Part shown: positions 19,491 through 32,100 of the stretch, piece after piece | Layout: each line of letters starts with the position of its first letter | Position numbering within the stretch: the first letter of the stretch is position 1 | DNA from: a bacterium | GTDB lineage: Bacteria; Electryoneota; Electryoneia; Electryoneales; Electryoneaceae | Assembly: GCA_963669175.1 (NCBI GenBank) | Contig: OY769902.1 | Coordinates: 4,352,001 to 4,416,000, forward strand | Length of the DNA: 64,000 nucleotides | Direction: 5' to 3' | Program-made: the position numbers and the translations under genes | Notes under the pieces: model-generated | What the model was told of the DNA's origin: nothing | Database searches by the model: none | Seen by the model: only the letters and a program-made list of their open reading frames with translations

Positions 19491-19552
19491 AATTCCTAAT
19501 TCCTAATTCCTAATTCACCAAACTCATTCTTAATTTTTAATTCTTAATTCTT
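19491..19552 (-). repeat. Heptamer tandem repeat (AATTCCT/AATTCTT) x~8, inverted relative to 13145-13214
   Basis: Read directly. A separate degenerate 9-mer run (GTAAAGAAG-like) lies at 19403-19441. Confidence 0.85.
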
Positions 19553-19567
19553 ACTTGTAGAGAAAGT

Positions 19568-19609
19568 CGCTCCACCCGGACTTCTACAATGTAGTATCCA
19601 GGTGGAGCG
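19568..19609. terminator. Hairpin between convergent genes, probable terminator
   Basis: CGCTCCACCCGGA...TCCAGGTGGAGCG stem. Confidence 0.6.
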
Positions 19610-19647
19610 TTCGAAATGCAACTATGTTGGGTACTGCAAGGTACTGC

Positions 19648-20934
19648 TTATGCCCAGCCACGTTCCTTGCAGGCCTGGGCGACACGGCTCACCGAAATGA
19701 CATAGGCCGCATCACGCATGTACAGCTTCTTGCGACGCGCCAGTTCGCTGACCGACAGGAAAGCGGAGGTCATCTTCAGATCCAGCTTACCAAGGACTTC
19801 GTCCTTCTCCCAGAAGTAGTTCTGGTTGCACTGTACCTGTTCGAAGTAGGAGCAGGTCACGCCACCGGCGTTGGCCAGGAAGTCTGGAATCATGAAGATG
19901 TTACGGCTGTGAATCACTTCATCGGCTTCCGGGGTGGTCGGGCCATTGGCGCCTTCCGCGATAACTTTCACCCGGTTGCTGATCTTGTTGACGTTGTCAG
20001 CAGTGATCTGGTTTTCCATCGCCGCCGGGATCAGGACGTCCACATCCTGCTCGATCCATGCATCACCCGGAAGGATTTCGTAACCGAGGTCACGTGCCTT
20101 GTCGCCATCAACACCACCGAAGCGGTCAGTGATGGTCAGCAGCTCGTCCACATCGATGCCTTCCATCTTGCGTACGGTGTAGGACTTTTCATCCTTCTGA
20201 TCCCAGTAGGAGGCGCAGATAACTTTGCCACCGAGCTGCTGATACAGACGGATAGCGTACTGCGCGACATTGCCGAAGCCCTGAACGGCGGCGACGGTGT
20301 CGGCAGTGCGGATGTTAAGTTCACGAAGAGCTTCACGCAGGGTGAAGATCACACCAAAGCCGGTGGCTTCGGTACGGCCCAGGGAGCCGCCCATGCCTAC
20401 GGGCTTACCAGTAATGAAACCAGGATACTTCGCGCCGTGGATGTGCTCGAATTCATCCAGCATCCACAACATGTGCTGACCATTGGTCATGACATCTGGC
20501 GCGGGAACATCAGCCAACGGGCCGACATTCTTTGCAATCTGACGAACCCAGCCACGGCAAATGGCTTCCTGTTCACGCATGGACAGGTTGTGAGGATCAC
20601 AGATTACGCCACCCTTGCTACCACCTAAAGGAATATCGACTACGGCTGTCTTCCAGGTCATCCACATGGAAAGAGCACGAACCGTGTCAACGGTCTCTTG
20701 CGGGTGAAAACGAATGCCACCCTTACCGGGACCACGTGAATCGTTATGCTGCACACGGAACCCACGGAACACCTTGAAACTGCCGTCATCCATCCGAACC
20801 GGAATGCTGAAATGGTATTCACGAAGCGGATTACGGAGCAGGTCACGAGTTGCTTGATCCAGATCAAGTATTTCCGCGACATGGTCAAACTGTTTCTGGG
20901 CCATTGCGAAGGCGTTGAACGACTTGTCCGCCAT
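19648..20934 (-). CDS. gdhA: Glu/Leu/Phe/Val dehydrogenase (glutamate dehydrogenase)
   Basis: GPGKGGIRFHP, GGSKGG, DVPAPD, ITGKP, GRTEATG, QGFGNV, EGANGP and PDFLANAGGV. Confidence 0.95.
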   Translation of the reverse strand: MADKSFNAFAMAQKQFDHVAEILDLDQATRDLLRNPLREYHFSIPVRMDDGSFKVFRGFRVQHNDSRGPGKGGIRFHPQETVDTVRALSMWMTWKTAVVDIPLGGSKGGVICDPHNLSMREQEAICRGWVRQIAKNVGPLADVPAPDVMTNGQHMLWMLDEFEHIHGAKYPGFITGKPVGMGGSLGRTEATGFGVIFTLREALRELNIRTADTVAAVQGFGNVAQYAIRLYQQLGGKVICASYWDQKDEKSYTVRKMEGIDVDELLTITDRFGGVDGDKARDLGYEILPGDAWIEQDVDVLIPAAMENQITADNVNKISNRVKVIAEGANGPTTPEADEVIHSRNIFMIPDFLANAGGVTCSYFEQVQCNQNYFWEKDEVLGKLDLKMTSAFLSVSELARRKKLYMRDAAYVISVSRVAQACKERGWA

Positions 20935-21492
20935 GAAACACCCCCTACGTCCTTTTGCGCGCCGTCTTCTCGGGGCGGGCGCTGCCTGAAAATGAAAACG
21001 CTATGAATAAAAAAACGGTAAAGAAGGCTAAGGGAATCTTCCTACAGACGGGGGAGTTCCCTTAGCCTTGCTGGGATCAAATATAAACTGCATTATTCTC
21101 AAACGCTAGAGGCAATTGGAGATTTAACTCCCCTTAACTAAGCAAGGTTTAATGAGTTACAAAAAAGCTTGTTCAACAAAAGTACAAAGTTACTCGAGTC
21201 GTTGCCTATGAATTATAAACTACTTGATTTTGTGGAGTCTTACTTCGCTTTGCAAAACGAAACACAGGCTGGAAAAATGTAGCAGTTCGCAAGAGAAATA
21301 TGGACAAAATACTGCCCGTTATCCGCTCGGCAATCACACCTCAAAAAAAAGTAAAAACCTGTAGCCCACACCCATAAAGGATCTTAGCCCACCTCGTTGA
21401 TCACCCTGAATTCTTTTGGCACATCGGTTGCACTTATACCCGACAGAAAGCAGAAGACAAAGTTTTTCATACACTTACAGGAGGACACCCTC

Positions 21493-21834
21493 ATGACAAC
21501 GAGAAAACTGATTGCACTGATGCTTGGAATCCTGGTATTGAGCAGTTTTGCCATGGCACGTCCTCGTCCAGTCGAATACTTGCCGTTTTCTGGCGAGCCA
21601 GGTGATTTCGGTATGATGGAGCCGCATCCCTATGTTTACGCACTGTCGGCCGACGAACACATCATTGATTCGGAATTCCCGCTTTACAGTGGACATCCGT
21701 CCGTATGGCGTCCCAATCCCCAGCCGATTCAGCGCATGGATCCTGATGGAAAGCACATTGTCCCCTTTGACGATGACCAGATCAGGTTCACTCCAGACAA
21801 GCACGGTATTGAAGTGTATCAACGCAACCATTGA
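21493..21834 (+). CDS. Small secreted Pro-rich hypothetical protein
   Basis: AGGAGG RBS; signal peptide MTTRKLIALMLGILVLSSFAMA; downstream hairpin ACCAGCCGA-TT-TCGGCTGGT with T-tract near 21891-21918. Confidence 0.7.
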   Translation: MTTRKLIALMLGILVLSSFAMARPRPVEYLPFSGEPGDFGMMEPHPYVYALSADEHIIDSEFPLYSGHPSVWRPNPQPIQRMDPDGKHIVPFDDDQIRFTPDKHGIEVYQRNH

Positions 21835-22136
21835 CAACTTCAGCATTGATTTTCATGGATCGCCCCCATGATTTCAGAAGCAACCACAGGACCAGCCGAT
21901 TTCGGCTGGTTTTGTTTTGTAGTGGCTCCTGGCGAAAAATCTGGTACAGTTACCTTTTCTCCAATACCTGAATGACGTCCTGCACTTGACATCATGAAAA
22001 GGTAACAGTCCCATTTTTCGCCAGTTTTATACTCTTCGAGGTATATATAGTATTTCTTGAAAGTAATGTCGGATACAGTCATCCGACCAAAAAAAAACGC
22101 CCCATCCGGGGCGCAAAGAACAATGCTGAGAACTTC

Positions 22137-22379
<243 letters not shown>

Positions 22380-22542
22380 TCACGCAGATCACACCGCTTG
22401 CTCCGCTTTCCTCCCCCTTGTTTCGGTACACAATGTACGTAAAACTACAACGCCGTTTCCTGCATAGCAAAACCTTAAACTCCCCTAATCTTTTGCGAGA
22501 TTATCTCACTAAAAGGTGAAAAAACAATCACCTGTATCGTAT

Positions 22543-24903
22543 TCATCTATCCAAATGAACCAGACGAATCCCAACTTCTCCACTTCTTTCAGTTTCTGTA
22601 CGGCTGTCACGGCTGGCGCTACGCAATTCTGCACCGGCATCATTCCAGCTTCCGCCTCGAATCACACGTTCACTTCCGGAAGGAGTATTCCAGGCTGAAC
22701 CATCTTCCGGCGCTCCGGTATAGCTATCATGATACCAGTCCTGGCAATACTCCCATACATTGCCGAACATATCGTAGAGACCCCAGGAATTCGCATCCCG
22801 ACCACGGACATAGTGAGTCGTATTGTTGCTGTTATCCGTAAACCAGGCATAACCGCCCAATTCGGAATAATCGCTGTCATCTCCCCAGGGGAAACGTGTG
22901 TCTGATCCGGCACGAGCGGCGTATTCCCACTCCGCTTCTGTCGGCATACGCCAGACCTGTTGACTCTCACCGGAATTCAGAACCGTCAGGAGAATCCGCG
23001 CTTCACCGAAACTGACATTTTCAACCGGCCGACTGGAGCCGGGGAATTCGGGGAATACATTACCACTCCCCATCACTGCTTCGTACTGCGATTGTGTCAT
23101 CTCAGAACGGCTCATCCAGAAACCGTAAGCGAAAGTAACATCATGTACCGGAGTTTCATCCAAATCAGCTCCAACTTCACCCGATTGGGCTCCCATCTGG
23201 AAGTTGCCCGGCGGAATCCACACCATCTGTACCTGTAAACCGCTGTTGCCCAGAGGGAATGACCTCATCGTACCGGCAGTCAAACCGCCACCGGAAAGGG
23301 TTTCATCAGCCATGTATGAATTCGCTACATTTCCGGCAACATCTGTGAAGTAACCGGTAATGGTTGCAGAAGAAAGTTGGGGACTGCTGTTTCGGACAAC
23401 CCAACTCCCGGTATAGCTGCCATCTGCCTGGTCTTCGAGTTGAATTCGGGAGGACAAGCCCTGGATAGCTACTTCTGCCAGACCGCCCGTTTCCTGCCCA
23501 TAAAATGCAGAATCGGCCAACAGGTTGAAATAAACCGTATCACCGGGTGCGACATCAGTTTCCGACGATGATGTCCAGGTGAATTCCTGAATGCTGGCGT
23601 CCAGGTCAACACCTACCGAATCACGGTAGGGGCCAAGTGTCAGAAAATCATTGCGCAGCCAGACATAAACAGTATGCCAGCCTGATTCCTGGGGCAAGTC
23701 TACAGTATACTCCGACTGGAATTCCTCCCAATCGATGTCACTGCTGTTCTGGCTCAGTCCGATTTTCATGTCAATCGCGCCGTAGGCCTCAAGCTCAAGC
23801 GGGATTGCGGTATAGTTGACGATATCCTCATCAGTCTGAATGCTGATGCTGCCATCGATAGGCTTGGTGCTGATCGTATCCCCGGCGACGGCTTCAATCA
23901 GGAATTCATTTCTGAAGGCGACCTCCACCCATTTCAAGCCTTCGCCTGTGGGCAATTCAACTTCATAAGATGAGACATAGGGAATCCATTCTGAGGATGT
24001 TGCCCTTATACCTGATTTATCCGGCTTCGCTTTGCCACGTTTGCCGCTCATCACCGAACCATCATCTGTCCCGTCTATCCGGGTGATCATCATCTCGGAC
24101 GCGCCCGGAGCGTTCATGGTCAACGTGACATTGCGGTACGCGGTATAAACGGAATCTCCCATTATCACAACATCGCCGGTCAGTCCGGCAACACCGACAC
24201 TGTCAATCAGAATAGCGGAAGTATCCCCATTCAGAAAAGCCACCTGTGCAAATATATATTTCATCCCGGCGCCGGTGGGCAATATCCATTCGGGAAGGGA
24301 ATCGTGATCAACCCAGTCCATTTCCCATACGAGTGTATCCAACGCCAGCGAATCCATGGCTGGAACATTGGTAATCCGCATCTTGTCAGCGCCGGGGCCA
24401 TACAGGGCCAGTCGGATGTTCCTGCTGGTAGCAACCGTATCAGGCGTCAGGATGCGAAATACCGGTTCTGTTCCCGGTTCAAGTAAATGCACCCCCGCGA
24501 TAAAACTACTCCCCGCACTAAGAGGCGGTACAGCAACTGACCCACGCCAGGTAACCCCGGCATGATCAAGAATAACCGTAATCACACAGGCGGTTTCAAC
24601 CGGGACTTCGAGAGGACGGTTGCCATGCTGACGTGTGATAATGATCGTCTCTTCATAGGCGGCCATGCCATCCGGATTGATCCGCACTTCAGCCGTGATG
24701 CTGCTGGTTATGTCCGGGACACTGTCCGGAAAAACGAATTGCAGCGATACACCGCCACTGGTATAGTCCACTTCTATTGGACCGTCCTTATCGCATGAAA
24801 CCAACAAGAGGAAAGCTGCACTGATCCCCGCGAACAGGAAAATCCAACGGAAAAGGTCGGCAGCGCCCGGGTCCAGAACTCTTTCTTTCAAATGTCGCAC
24901 CAT
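22543..24903 (-). CDS. Lipoprotein with C-terminal formylglycine-generating-enzyme (FGE-sulfatase) domain
   Basis: Lipobox LVSC; IPPGNFQMG, RMPTEAEWEYAARAG, NSWGLYDMFGNVWEYCQDWY, VIRGGSW and GIRL. Confidence 0.9.
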   Translation of the reverse strand: MVRHLKERVLDPGAADLFRWIFLFAGISAAFLLLVSCDKDGPIEVDYTSGGVSLQFVFPDSVPDITSSITAEVRINPDGMAAYEETIIITRQHGNRPLEVPVETACVITVILDHAGVTWRGSVAVPPLSAGSSFIAGVHLLEPGTEPVFRILTPDTVATSRNIRLALYGPGADKMRITNVPAMDSLALDTLVWEMDWVDHDSLPEWILPTGAGMKYIFAQVAFLNGDTSAILIDSVGVAGLTGDVVIMGDSVYTAYRNVTLTMNAPGASEMMITRIDGTDDGSVMSGKRGKAKPDKSGIRATSSEWIPYVSSYEVELPTGEGLKWVEVAFRNEFLIEAVAGDTISTKPIDGSISIQTDEDIVNYTAIPLELEAYGAIDMKIGLSQNSSDIDWEEFQSEYTVDLPQESGWHTVYVWLRNDFLTLGPYRDSVGVDLDASIQEFTWTSSSETDVAPGDTVYFNLLADSAFYGQETGGLAEVAIQGLSSRIQLEDQADGSYTGSWVVRNSSPQLSSATITGYFTDVAGNVANSYMADETLSGGGLTAGTMRSFPLGNSGLQVQMVWIPPGNFQMGAQSGEVGADLDETPVHDVTFAYGFWMSRSEMTQSQYEAVMGSGNVFPEFPGSSRPVENVSFGEARILLTVLNSGESQQVWRMPTEAEWEYAARAGSDTRFPWGDDSDYSELGGYAWFTDNSNNTTHYVRGRDANSWGLYDMFGNVWEYCQDWYHDSYTGAPEDGSAWNTPSGSERVIRGGSWNDAGAELRSASRDSRTETERSGEVGIRLVHLDR

Positions 24904-24919
24904 GATCGCCTCCCCATCC

Positions 24920-26050
24920 CTATCGATTGTACCGTTCACGATATTGCCGCTCTTTCATACGTTCACGTAACTGGTGATCACGCTGTTGGGAACGAGACAT
25001 CTCCCTTGCCCAGAACCAGGTTACGCCGAAACGGAATTCAACATCACGGAAATTTTCCGCACTGCGATCACCGTAGTTCGCTGAAATCGGGATGACCAGT
25101 TGAGCCCGTCCGGTGAAGGGACCGTAATAATAGTTCGCCCCCAGCAACCATTCGAGTGTGGTCAAAGACGGCATCCCCGGATAGCTGGACGAGTAAGCGC
25201 CCCATTCACTGTCCACCTTGTTCCATTCCGTATAGGGCGCTTCGAACAGGTGCTTCAGGTGGAAACCGGAATAACTGTCTACCAGATCCCAGTAGCGATG
25301 GTTATACACTACTTTCAGCAACAAGGCATTCGCATTGTGAACATCGTATTCTGTATCAATGACATGTGTTGGATCGTTTGGATCAACCGCGCGCAGAACA
25401 TGTTTCTGATCCCCGTTTGAGCGCCACTGCCCCAGCACCTGGACATCCCCGAACGGCATGGCGTGCATGAGGTTGACGCTCAGGATCATATCCGTCGCGC
25501 CGGTGCCAAGCGGAGTATTCATCCGGCTGCGATAAGCGCCGCTGTTGGCCGTCGGGAACTTGAGTGTCATAGCCGCAGCGTAACTCATTCCCACCGGTAA
25601 TGGAAAAGAGTAGCCCAGTGTCATGCTGAGGTCACCAAACCCGGACGCATTGAAATCATGGCCACGATAGCCGAAACTTCGTCCTTCCACCATGGGCATG
25701 GTCAGCCCGAACACCCAGTCCCGGTAAAAGAAATAGGCCGGAACCTGCCACGCGCTGTAGGACTTGGACAGCACTAGCTGCGTGTTGGTGTGAACGCTGA
25801 ACATGTAGCCATTGGCACGATCCCACTCGCCCAGGTATTCACGTTCATAGCGTTCCGCCCTGTGCATATCCAGCAGGCTGGCAAGTGGAAACGGGTCTTC
25901 AACGAGTAACTCGGCAACTGGTGGGATTACGCCTGATCCCTCCGTAACCACATCGATTACAAAGGATTCCTGCGCATTAACCTGGCTCACCCCCATCAGG
26001 GCCAGCAGAAGACTCAAGATCACCAGTTTTTGTTTGCGCACGTGAATCAC
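24920..26050 (-). CDS. Putative outer-membrane beta-barrel protein
   Basis: Signal peptide after a GTG start with GGAGG RBS; GFGDLS...LKFPTA...LGTGATD pattern; amphipathic strands ending FRFGVTWFW. Confidence 0.65.
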   Translation of the reverse strand: MIHVRKQKLVILSLLLALMGVSQVNAQESFVIDVVTEGSGVIPPVAELLVEDPFPLASLLDMHRAERYEREYLGEWDRANGYMFSVHTNTQLVLSKSYSAWQVPAYFFYRDWVFGLTMPMVEGRSFGYRGHDFNASGFGDLSMTLGYSFPLPVGMSYAAAMTLKFPTANSGAYRSRMNTPLGTGATDMILSVNLMHAMPFGDVQVLGQWRSNGDQKHVLRAVDPNDPTHVIDTEYDVHNANALLLKVVYNHRYWDLVDSYSGFHLKHLFEAPYTEWNKVDSEWGAYSSSYPGMPSLTTLEWLLGANYYYGPFTGRAQLVIPISANYGDRSAENFRDVEFRFGVTWFWAREMSRSQQRDHQLRERMKERQYRERYNR

Positions 26051-26112
26051 GTGACCTCCCCGGGACATGACCGGCGCCACGGTTTCATTCCACCGTGACG
26101 CCGCCACTCCCT

Positions 26113-29100
26113 TTATTTCAAGAAAACAATCTTACGAATATCTGACCAGCCTTCGGATGTTGATACACGCATGATGTACGTACCCGAAGCGCCCTTTGCC
26201 GTCCAGTGGAAAGCGTGGTAACCGGCGGCATACTGCTGGCTGGTTACGATATCCACCCTGCGTCCCAGCATGTCGAACACCTCGATGCGCACATGCGCTG
26301 CACGTGGCAAGCCCACATGCACCTGGGTAGTCGGATTACATGGGTTTGGATACGGGGCGCCCATCGAGAAACGTGAGGGGATATCTTTGCGGTTCGGCTC
26401 AACATGGAACTGGAAGCGACTGTCGCTTTCAACCGTATCACCCGCCGAAATTGCCTGTACATACCACGTGAAATGCAGTGTGGAATCCCAGAAACGGTGA
26501 GACAGTTCCGGGGCAACCTCCAGCACGATCGAAGGTGATTCGGTAACCATCAAATCCATGTACACCGCATCTTCAATGGCGACAGAATCCTGTTCCAGAA
26601 TCAGACGGTATTTCACATCCTGGTTCGGGTCCGGATCAACCGAAGCCTTCCAGGTGAACAGCAGGTTACGGATATCATCCACATTCAGCGTGTCACCATC
26701 GGCAACACGTGCCAGTTCAAACGCTGTAGGCGCTTGAGGACGTGCTGTGGTGAAATTACCGGACGAGGTTGACCAGGTGCCTTCCGTGTTCGTATCGACA
26801 GCACGAACCTTCCAGTAGTAGGTCCTGTCATCCTGCAATCCAGTTGCATGGAATTGCGCAGCTTCGATAGCATCGTAGACCAGTGTTTTCACATCCGGGA
26901 ACTGCGGATCAAGACTGAGAAGCAGTTCATAGCGCAAGGTATCCTCGAAGTCCGGGTCAGACGATTCCTGCCAGGTGAAGCTTACTGTCGTGTCAGCAAT
27001 AACCGCCTTCTTTTCCGGGTAGACCAGATCGAAAGCAACCGGTGCATGTGCGATACGAACCTTGAAATGACGGCCGTTGCTGCCTGAGCTGCACCAGCGT
27101 TCCAGTCCGAAGATATCTACGGCACGAACCCGCCAGTAGACGGTCTCGTTATCGAAGGTATTCTCCAGATCATCCAGCAACAGGGCTGTGTCGCGCAGGG
27201 TTTCCGTAAAGGTCGAAGCGCTGTTGTAATCAGATGACGTCGAATAGTCAAGAACGAAGGTTACACTGTCACCCGGATCGGGATCAGTTGTGTTACGCCA
27301 GGTCAACAGCACGCTGTCTTCCGCAACCGTACTGCCATTTGCGGGACCGCTCAGGTTGAAGCCGTTCGGCGCTTCCGGGATGTAGACCTGGAAGGCAAAT
27401 ACCTGGCGTGAAAGTGTACCGTTGGTATTGTCATCCAACGCCCTGACCTTCCACCAGTAGACCGTATCATCGATAAGGTCGTCCATTGCCAGAGTCGGCT
27501 CAGTCACATCGGCCGAGTCAGCATCCTCGAAATCGGCATTGGTCGCCCACCAGACACGATAAGTCGCTACTTCATCATCAAGGTCAGGATCGGTTGAAAC
27601 TTCCCAGCTCAATGTCGTCGCCGTTTCGGTCAGGCTGCTGCCGTTATCCGGTGTCAACAGGCTGAAGGTGGTCGGCGCATCGGGACGAATTACCTCGAAT
27701 GACCAGCCATCATCGTTACCGTTGGCCCAGGTCGTGCTGTCAAAGCTGTCAATGGCGCGCACCCGCCAGTAAATCGTGGTGTTGTCCGGAAGTTCATCCA
27801 GTTCACCGGTCGCACCACAACGGGAATCATCAATCTCAGAAGCGCTGCCAAACTGGTTCGATGCGGTAGCAATACCTGATTCAGCGCCAAATACAGACGC
27901 TTTCTTCTTTGACGTACTGGAAGCAAATCCGGTCACTTCGGTTCTCTTCTCGCCTGCAACCTGCATGCTGCCCGTAGCGAGTATACCGTTGCGTGGGCTG
28001 AAGCTTGCCAGGCCATCATCACCGGAAATGCCATTTCCACCGGTCCCGATGCTGGTCATCACTTCTTCCAGGTCACTGATGGTCAGGAAGGTATCGGTTG
28101 TGATTTCCGTGAAGACTGACATGAAGTTTGCGTCAGCCGACCACTGTACTTCGTAGCTGACCTCGTCGCCCGGGTCGGGATCATCGGCGCTGTTCCAGCG
28201 TACAGTCACTGCTTCAAGAGCGACGGTATCCTCATCGTTCGGATACGCCAGCGTAAAGGCTTCCGGCGGTTCCACAATGTAGACATGCAGGGACAGGGTA
28301 TCTTCCGCCCAGGTTCCTTCGGTGTTGCTGTCAGTCGCACGTACCGTCCACCAGTAGGTGTGGTCGTCTTCCAGATCAGCGAACGTAAATTCCGTATCCT
28401 CAATGCTGTCCGCTTCGAGGGTAGCGTTCAACATCCGGCTGTTCTGTGCGATCCAGACATCATAGCTCGGGGTATCGTACGGGTCGGGATCGGTACTGGC
28501 ATCCCAGCTCAGGACTTCAGACGTACTCCAGGCCGTATCCTCATCCGCCGGGCTGACCAGGCTGAAGGCTTCCGGCGCTTCGTACTGATCGGTGCTGAAT
28601 TCACGTCCATCTTCACCCGGATCAGCGTAGGTGTAGAGGTTGTCGTTGTCGAATGCACGTACACGCCAGTAGATGGTCACATCGTCCGGCAGTTCATCCA
28701 GCTCACTGTCACCCTCGTTGTGTGAACCGAGCGCTACGCTGCTGCCAAGGCTGACCTCCATACTGCCGAAGGTATTCCCACGGCTTGACGAGGCTAACGA
28801 GGCGAATCCATCATCCTGCTTTTCAACCTGGTCACCACCATTCACGGACAACTCAGCAGCCAACGCAAACCAGTCGGTCAACGTCCATTCCTGCTCGTCC
28901 GTGATAAAGGTGAAGTAACTGGTAAACTGTGCGTCTGCCGCAACTTCAAGATGATAGGTAATCGGATCGCCGTTATCCGGGTCGAAGGTCTCTTCCCAGC
29001 TTACCGTAACCGTGTCATCGTTGATGTGTGCGCCATCTTCCGGCAGTAACAGGGCAAACTGCGCCGGGACACCGGAAGTATGAATCGTAAATGACCATGT

Positions 29101-32100
29101 TTCGCTGTTCGTCTGGTTATGATCCTCATCTTCAGCGATCACAGTCCAGTAATAGGTGACTTCATCAACACCGTCAAAGGTGAAGGTTGTATCGGCAAGG
29201 TTCTGACCGAAGCGTGTACCCAGGTCATTTTCAGACAGGGACAGGTACACATCATAGCTCACATCGCCACCATCAGGATCGATGGATGTGTTCCAGACCA
29301 GGTCCACAGCCTCCATGCCAACCAGCGCCTCATCTTCCGGAGAAATCAGGGCAAAGGCGGTCGGCGGGTTGCTGACGTTGCTCAGGTCAATGCTGACACT
29401 CCAGGTCTCGCTTGCCTGGGTGACATTGTCGTCCTCATCGGTAGCGCGTACGGTCCACCAGTAGGTGCCTCCATCCTGCCCGGTGAAGCTGAAGGATGTT
29501 TCTTCAAGATTCGCCGCCATCCGTGTTCCGAGATAACCTTCAATCGTAGACACGTACACCGAATACACGACATCCTGATCATCCGGATCAACCGCGGCAA
29601 ACCAGCTCAGGTCAATCTGCGTATAGGGTAGCACATTGCCGCTATCAGGCGCCGCAAGGCTGAATGCGTTCGGCGGATTACCCACAACCGTAGCATCGAT
29701 GGTGAAGCTGAACGTATCGCTGGCTGCTGTGCTGTTATCGTTGACATCGGTTGCGGTTACTGTCCAGTAGTAGGTGTCACCGTCTGTTCCGGTGTAAGCG
29801 TAGGAAGTGGCTTCATGATCGGTTACGACAGCAGCACCCATGTTCGCCAGATCAGTACTGACAAACAGGCTATAGGTGACTTCATCGCCATCCGGGTCAA
29901 TCGATTCGTACCAGCTCAGGTCCGCAGTGGTTGTGCGGATGGTACTGCCACTGTCCGGCGCGGCGAGGGTAAAGGCTCCCGGCGGATCTTCCACGAAGAT
30001 GTGGAAGCTCCAGGTTTCACTCGCCTGTGTCCAGTTGCCGTTTTCATCGACAGCACGAACCGTCCACCAGTACTCGGTATCATCGGTAGCGGTGAAGTCC
30101 CAGGTAGTTGTGGTCAAACCTGATACCAGTCGTGTACCGAGGAAACCGTCAACCGTGGAAACGTACAGCTCGTAGGTCACATCATCGCCGTCCGGGTCAG
30201 TAGCCGCGTTCCACTGGAATGTTACCGCCAGATCGTTGAGGGTAGATTCATCTGCCGGTGCGATCAGGCTGAAGTCGTTGGGTTCACTACCAACAACCGT
30301 CTCATCAACACTGAAGCTCCACTGCTGAGAAGCTCCGGTCCAGAGACCGTAAGCATCAACCGCAATCACCGTCCACCAGTAGGTTACACCATCTGTTCCG
30401 GTGAAGCTGTAGGACGCTCCTTCCTGACCTTCCGAGACACGGTTGCCAAGGAAGCCCTGCACCATCGAGATGTAGACATCGTACGTGACGATATCGCCAT
30501 CCGGGTCAACCGCTTCGAACCAGCTCAAGTCAACTTCCGGGTTGACTGATACCCAACCACTATCCGGAGCGGCCAGGTCAAACGCCAACGGCGGTTGATT
30601 CTGCGGCGGGACCGTACCTGTATCAATGCTGAAGGACCAGGTCTGGTCGGCCTGTGTCCACATGCCGTCTTCATCGATCGCACGGACTGTCCACCAGTAG
30701 GACTCCCCTTCAATTCCGGTGAAGATGTGTGAGGTTCCGGTCAGGTTTGCTGCGACACGGGTTCCCTGGAAGGCGATATCGTTGGATACATATACATCAT
30801 AGGTAATCGCTCCACCATCAGGATCTGTCGTCTCTTCCCAGGTCAATGCCACATCCTGCATGGTTGAGGTGTAACCATCTTCCGGAGTCAGCAGATCAAA
30901 CGCCACAGGCTCATCACCCGGGATATCTGTATCGACACTGAAACTCCAGGTTTCGTTTGCAGCAGTCCAGTAACCATCAACATCCACAGCGCGTACCGTC
31001 CACCAGTACGTCTGATCATCAATGCCGGTGAATTGGTATGATGTACCAGTCAGGTTGGCCGCGACACGAGCGCCCAGGTCAGCAGGATCATAGCTGACGT
31101 ACACATCGTATACGATATCTCCGCCTTCCGGATCGGAAGACGCTTCCCAACTTAACAGTACATCTGCGACAAACGAGGCATAGCCATTATCCGGTCCGGC
31201 AAGGCCGAATGCAACCGGCGGCCAGCCCGGAATGGTTGTATCAATGTTGAACGACCAGGTTTCGGTAGACTGTGTCTGGTTGCCGTTGCTATCGACAGCC
31301 TTCACGGTCCACCAGTACGTATCACCATCCTGACCGTTCCAGGTATAGGACAGGGCATCCAGACCCTGCGCCACACGCTGACCGATGAAACCTTCCACAG
31401 TACTGATGTAGACATCGTAGGTAACCGCGTCGTCGTCAGGATCAACCGACTCAAACCAGCTCAGGTCCACATCGGTGTACGGTGAACTGTATTCATCATC
31501 AGGCCCGGCAAGGCTGAACGCGCCTGGCGGATTACCGATTGCTTCTTCTTCGATGGTGAAGCTCAGGGTATCATCGGCTGCGGTACTGTTTCCGGCATCA
31601 TCATGCGCGAATACTGTCCAGTAGTAGGTCGCGTCACGTTCGCCGTCAAACTCGTACGAGTTGCCGTCCAGATCACTGACAATCGCTTCACCAAGATCAT
31701 CCGGATCAAGGCTGATGTAGACATCGTACTGTACGTCATCACCATCCGGGTCCGTAGTGGTTTCCCAACTGAGCAGTACCAGTGTATCCGCAGACTGGAA
31801 ACCGTCTTCCGGGCTGACCAGCGTAAATGGCAGCGGCGGTTCCTGGACAAAGATATCGAAACTCCAGGTTTCGCTTGCAGGTGTAACATGGCCACTCGGA
31901 TCAAGCGCCTGTACGGTCCACCAGTACTGACCACCGTCAACACCGGTGAAGGTCCAGCTTGTATTGGTCAGATCCTGTGCGACACGCTGGCCGAGGGTGT
32001 TTTCGATCTCGGACACATAGACTTCGTAGGTTACATCATCGCCATCGGGATCAGTAGAAGCATTCCAGCCAAGTTCCACGTCTTCACTGCCGGAAGTAGA

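Noticed and set aside
19624-20628. 334-aa ORF antisense to gdhA
   Set aside because: Shadow frame of a conserved gene; no independent motifs or RBS.
22543-22700. FGE-domain C-terminus as a diversity-generating retroelement target
   Set aside because: No reverse transcriptase and no template-repeat copy of this region noticed in the window.
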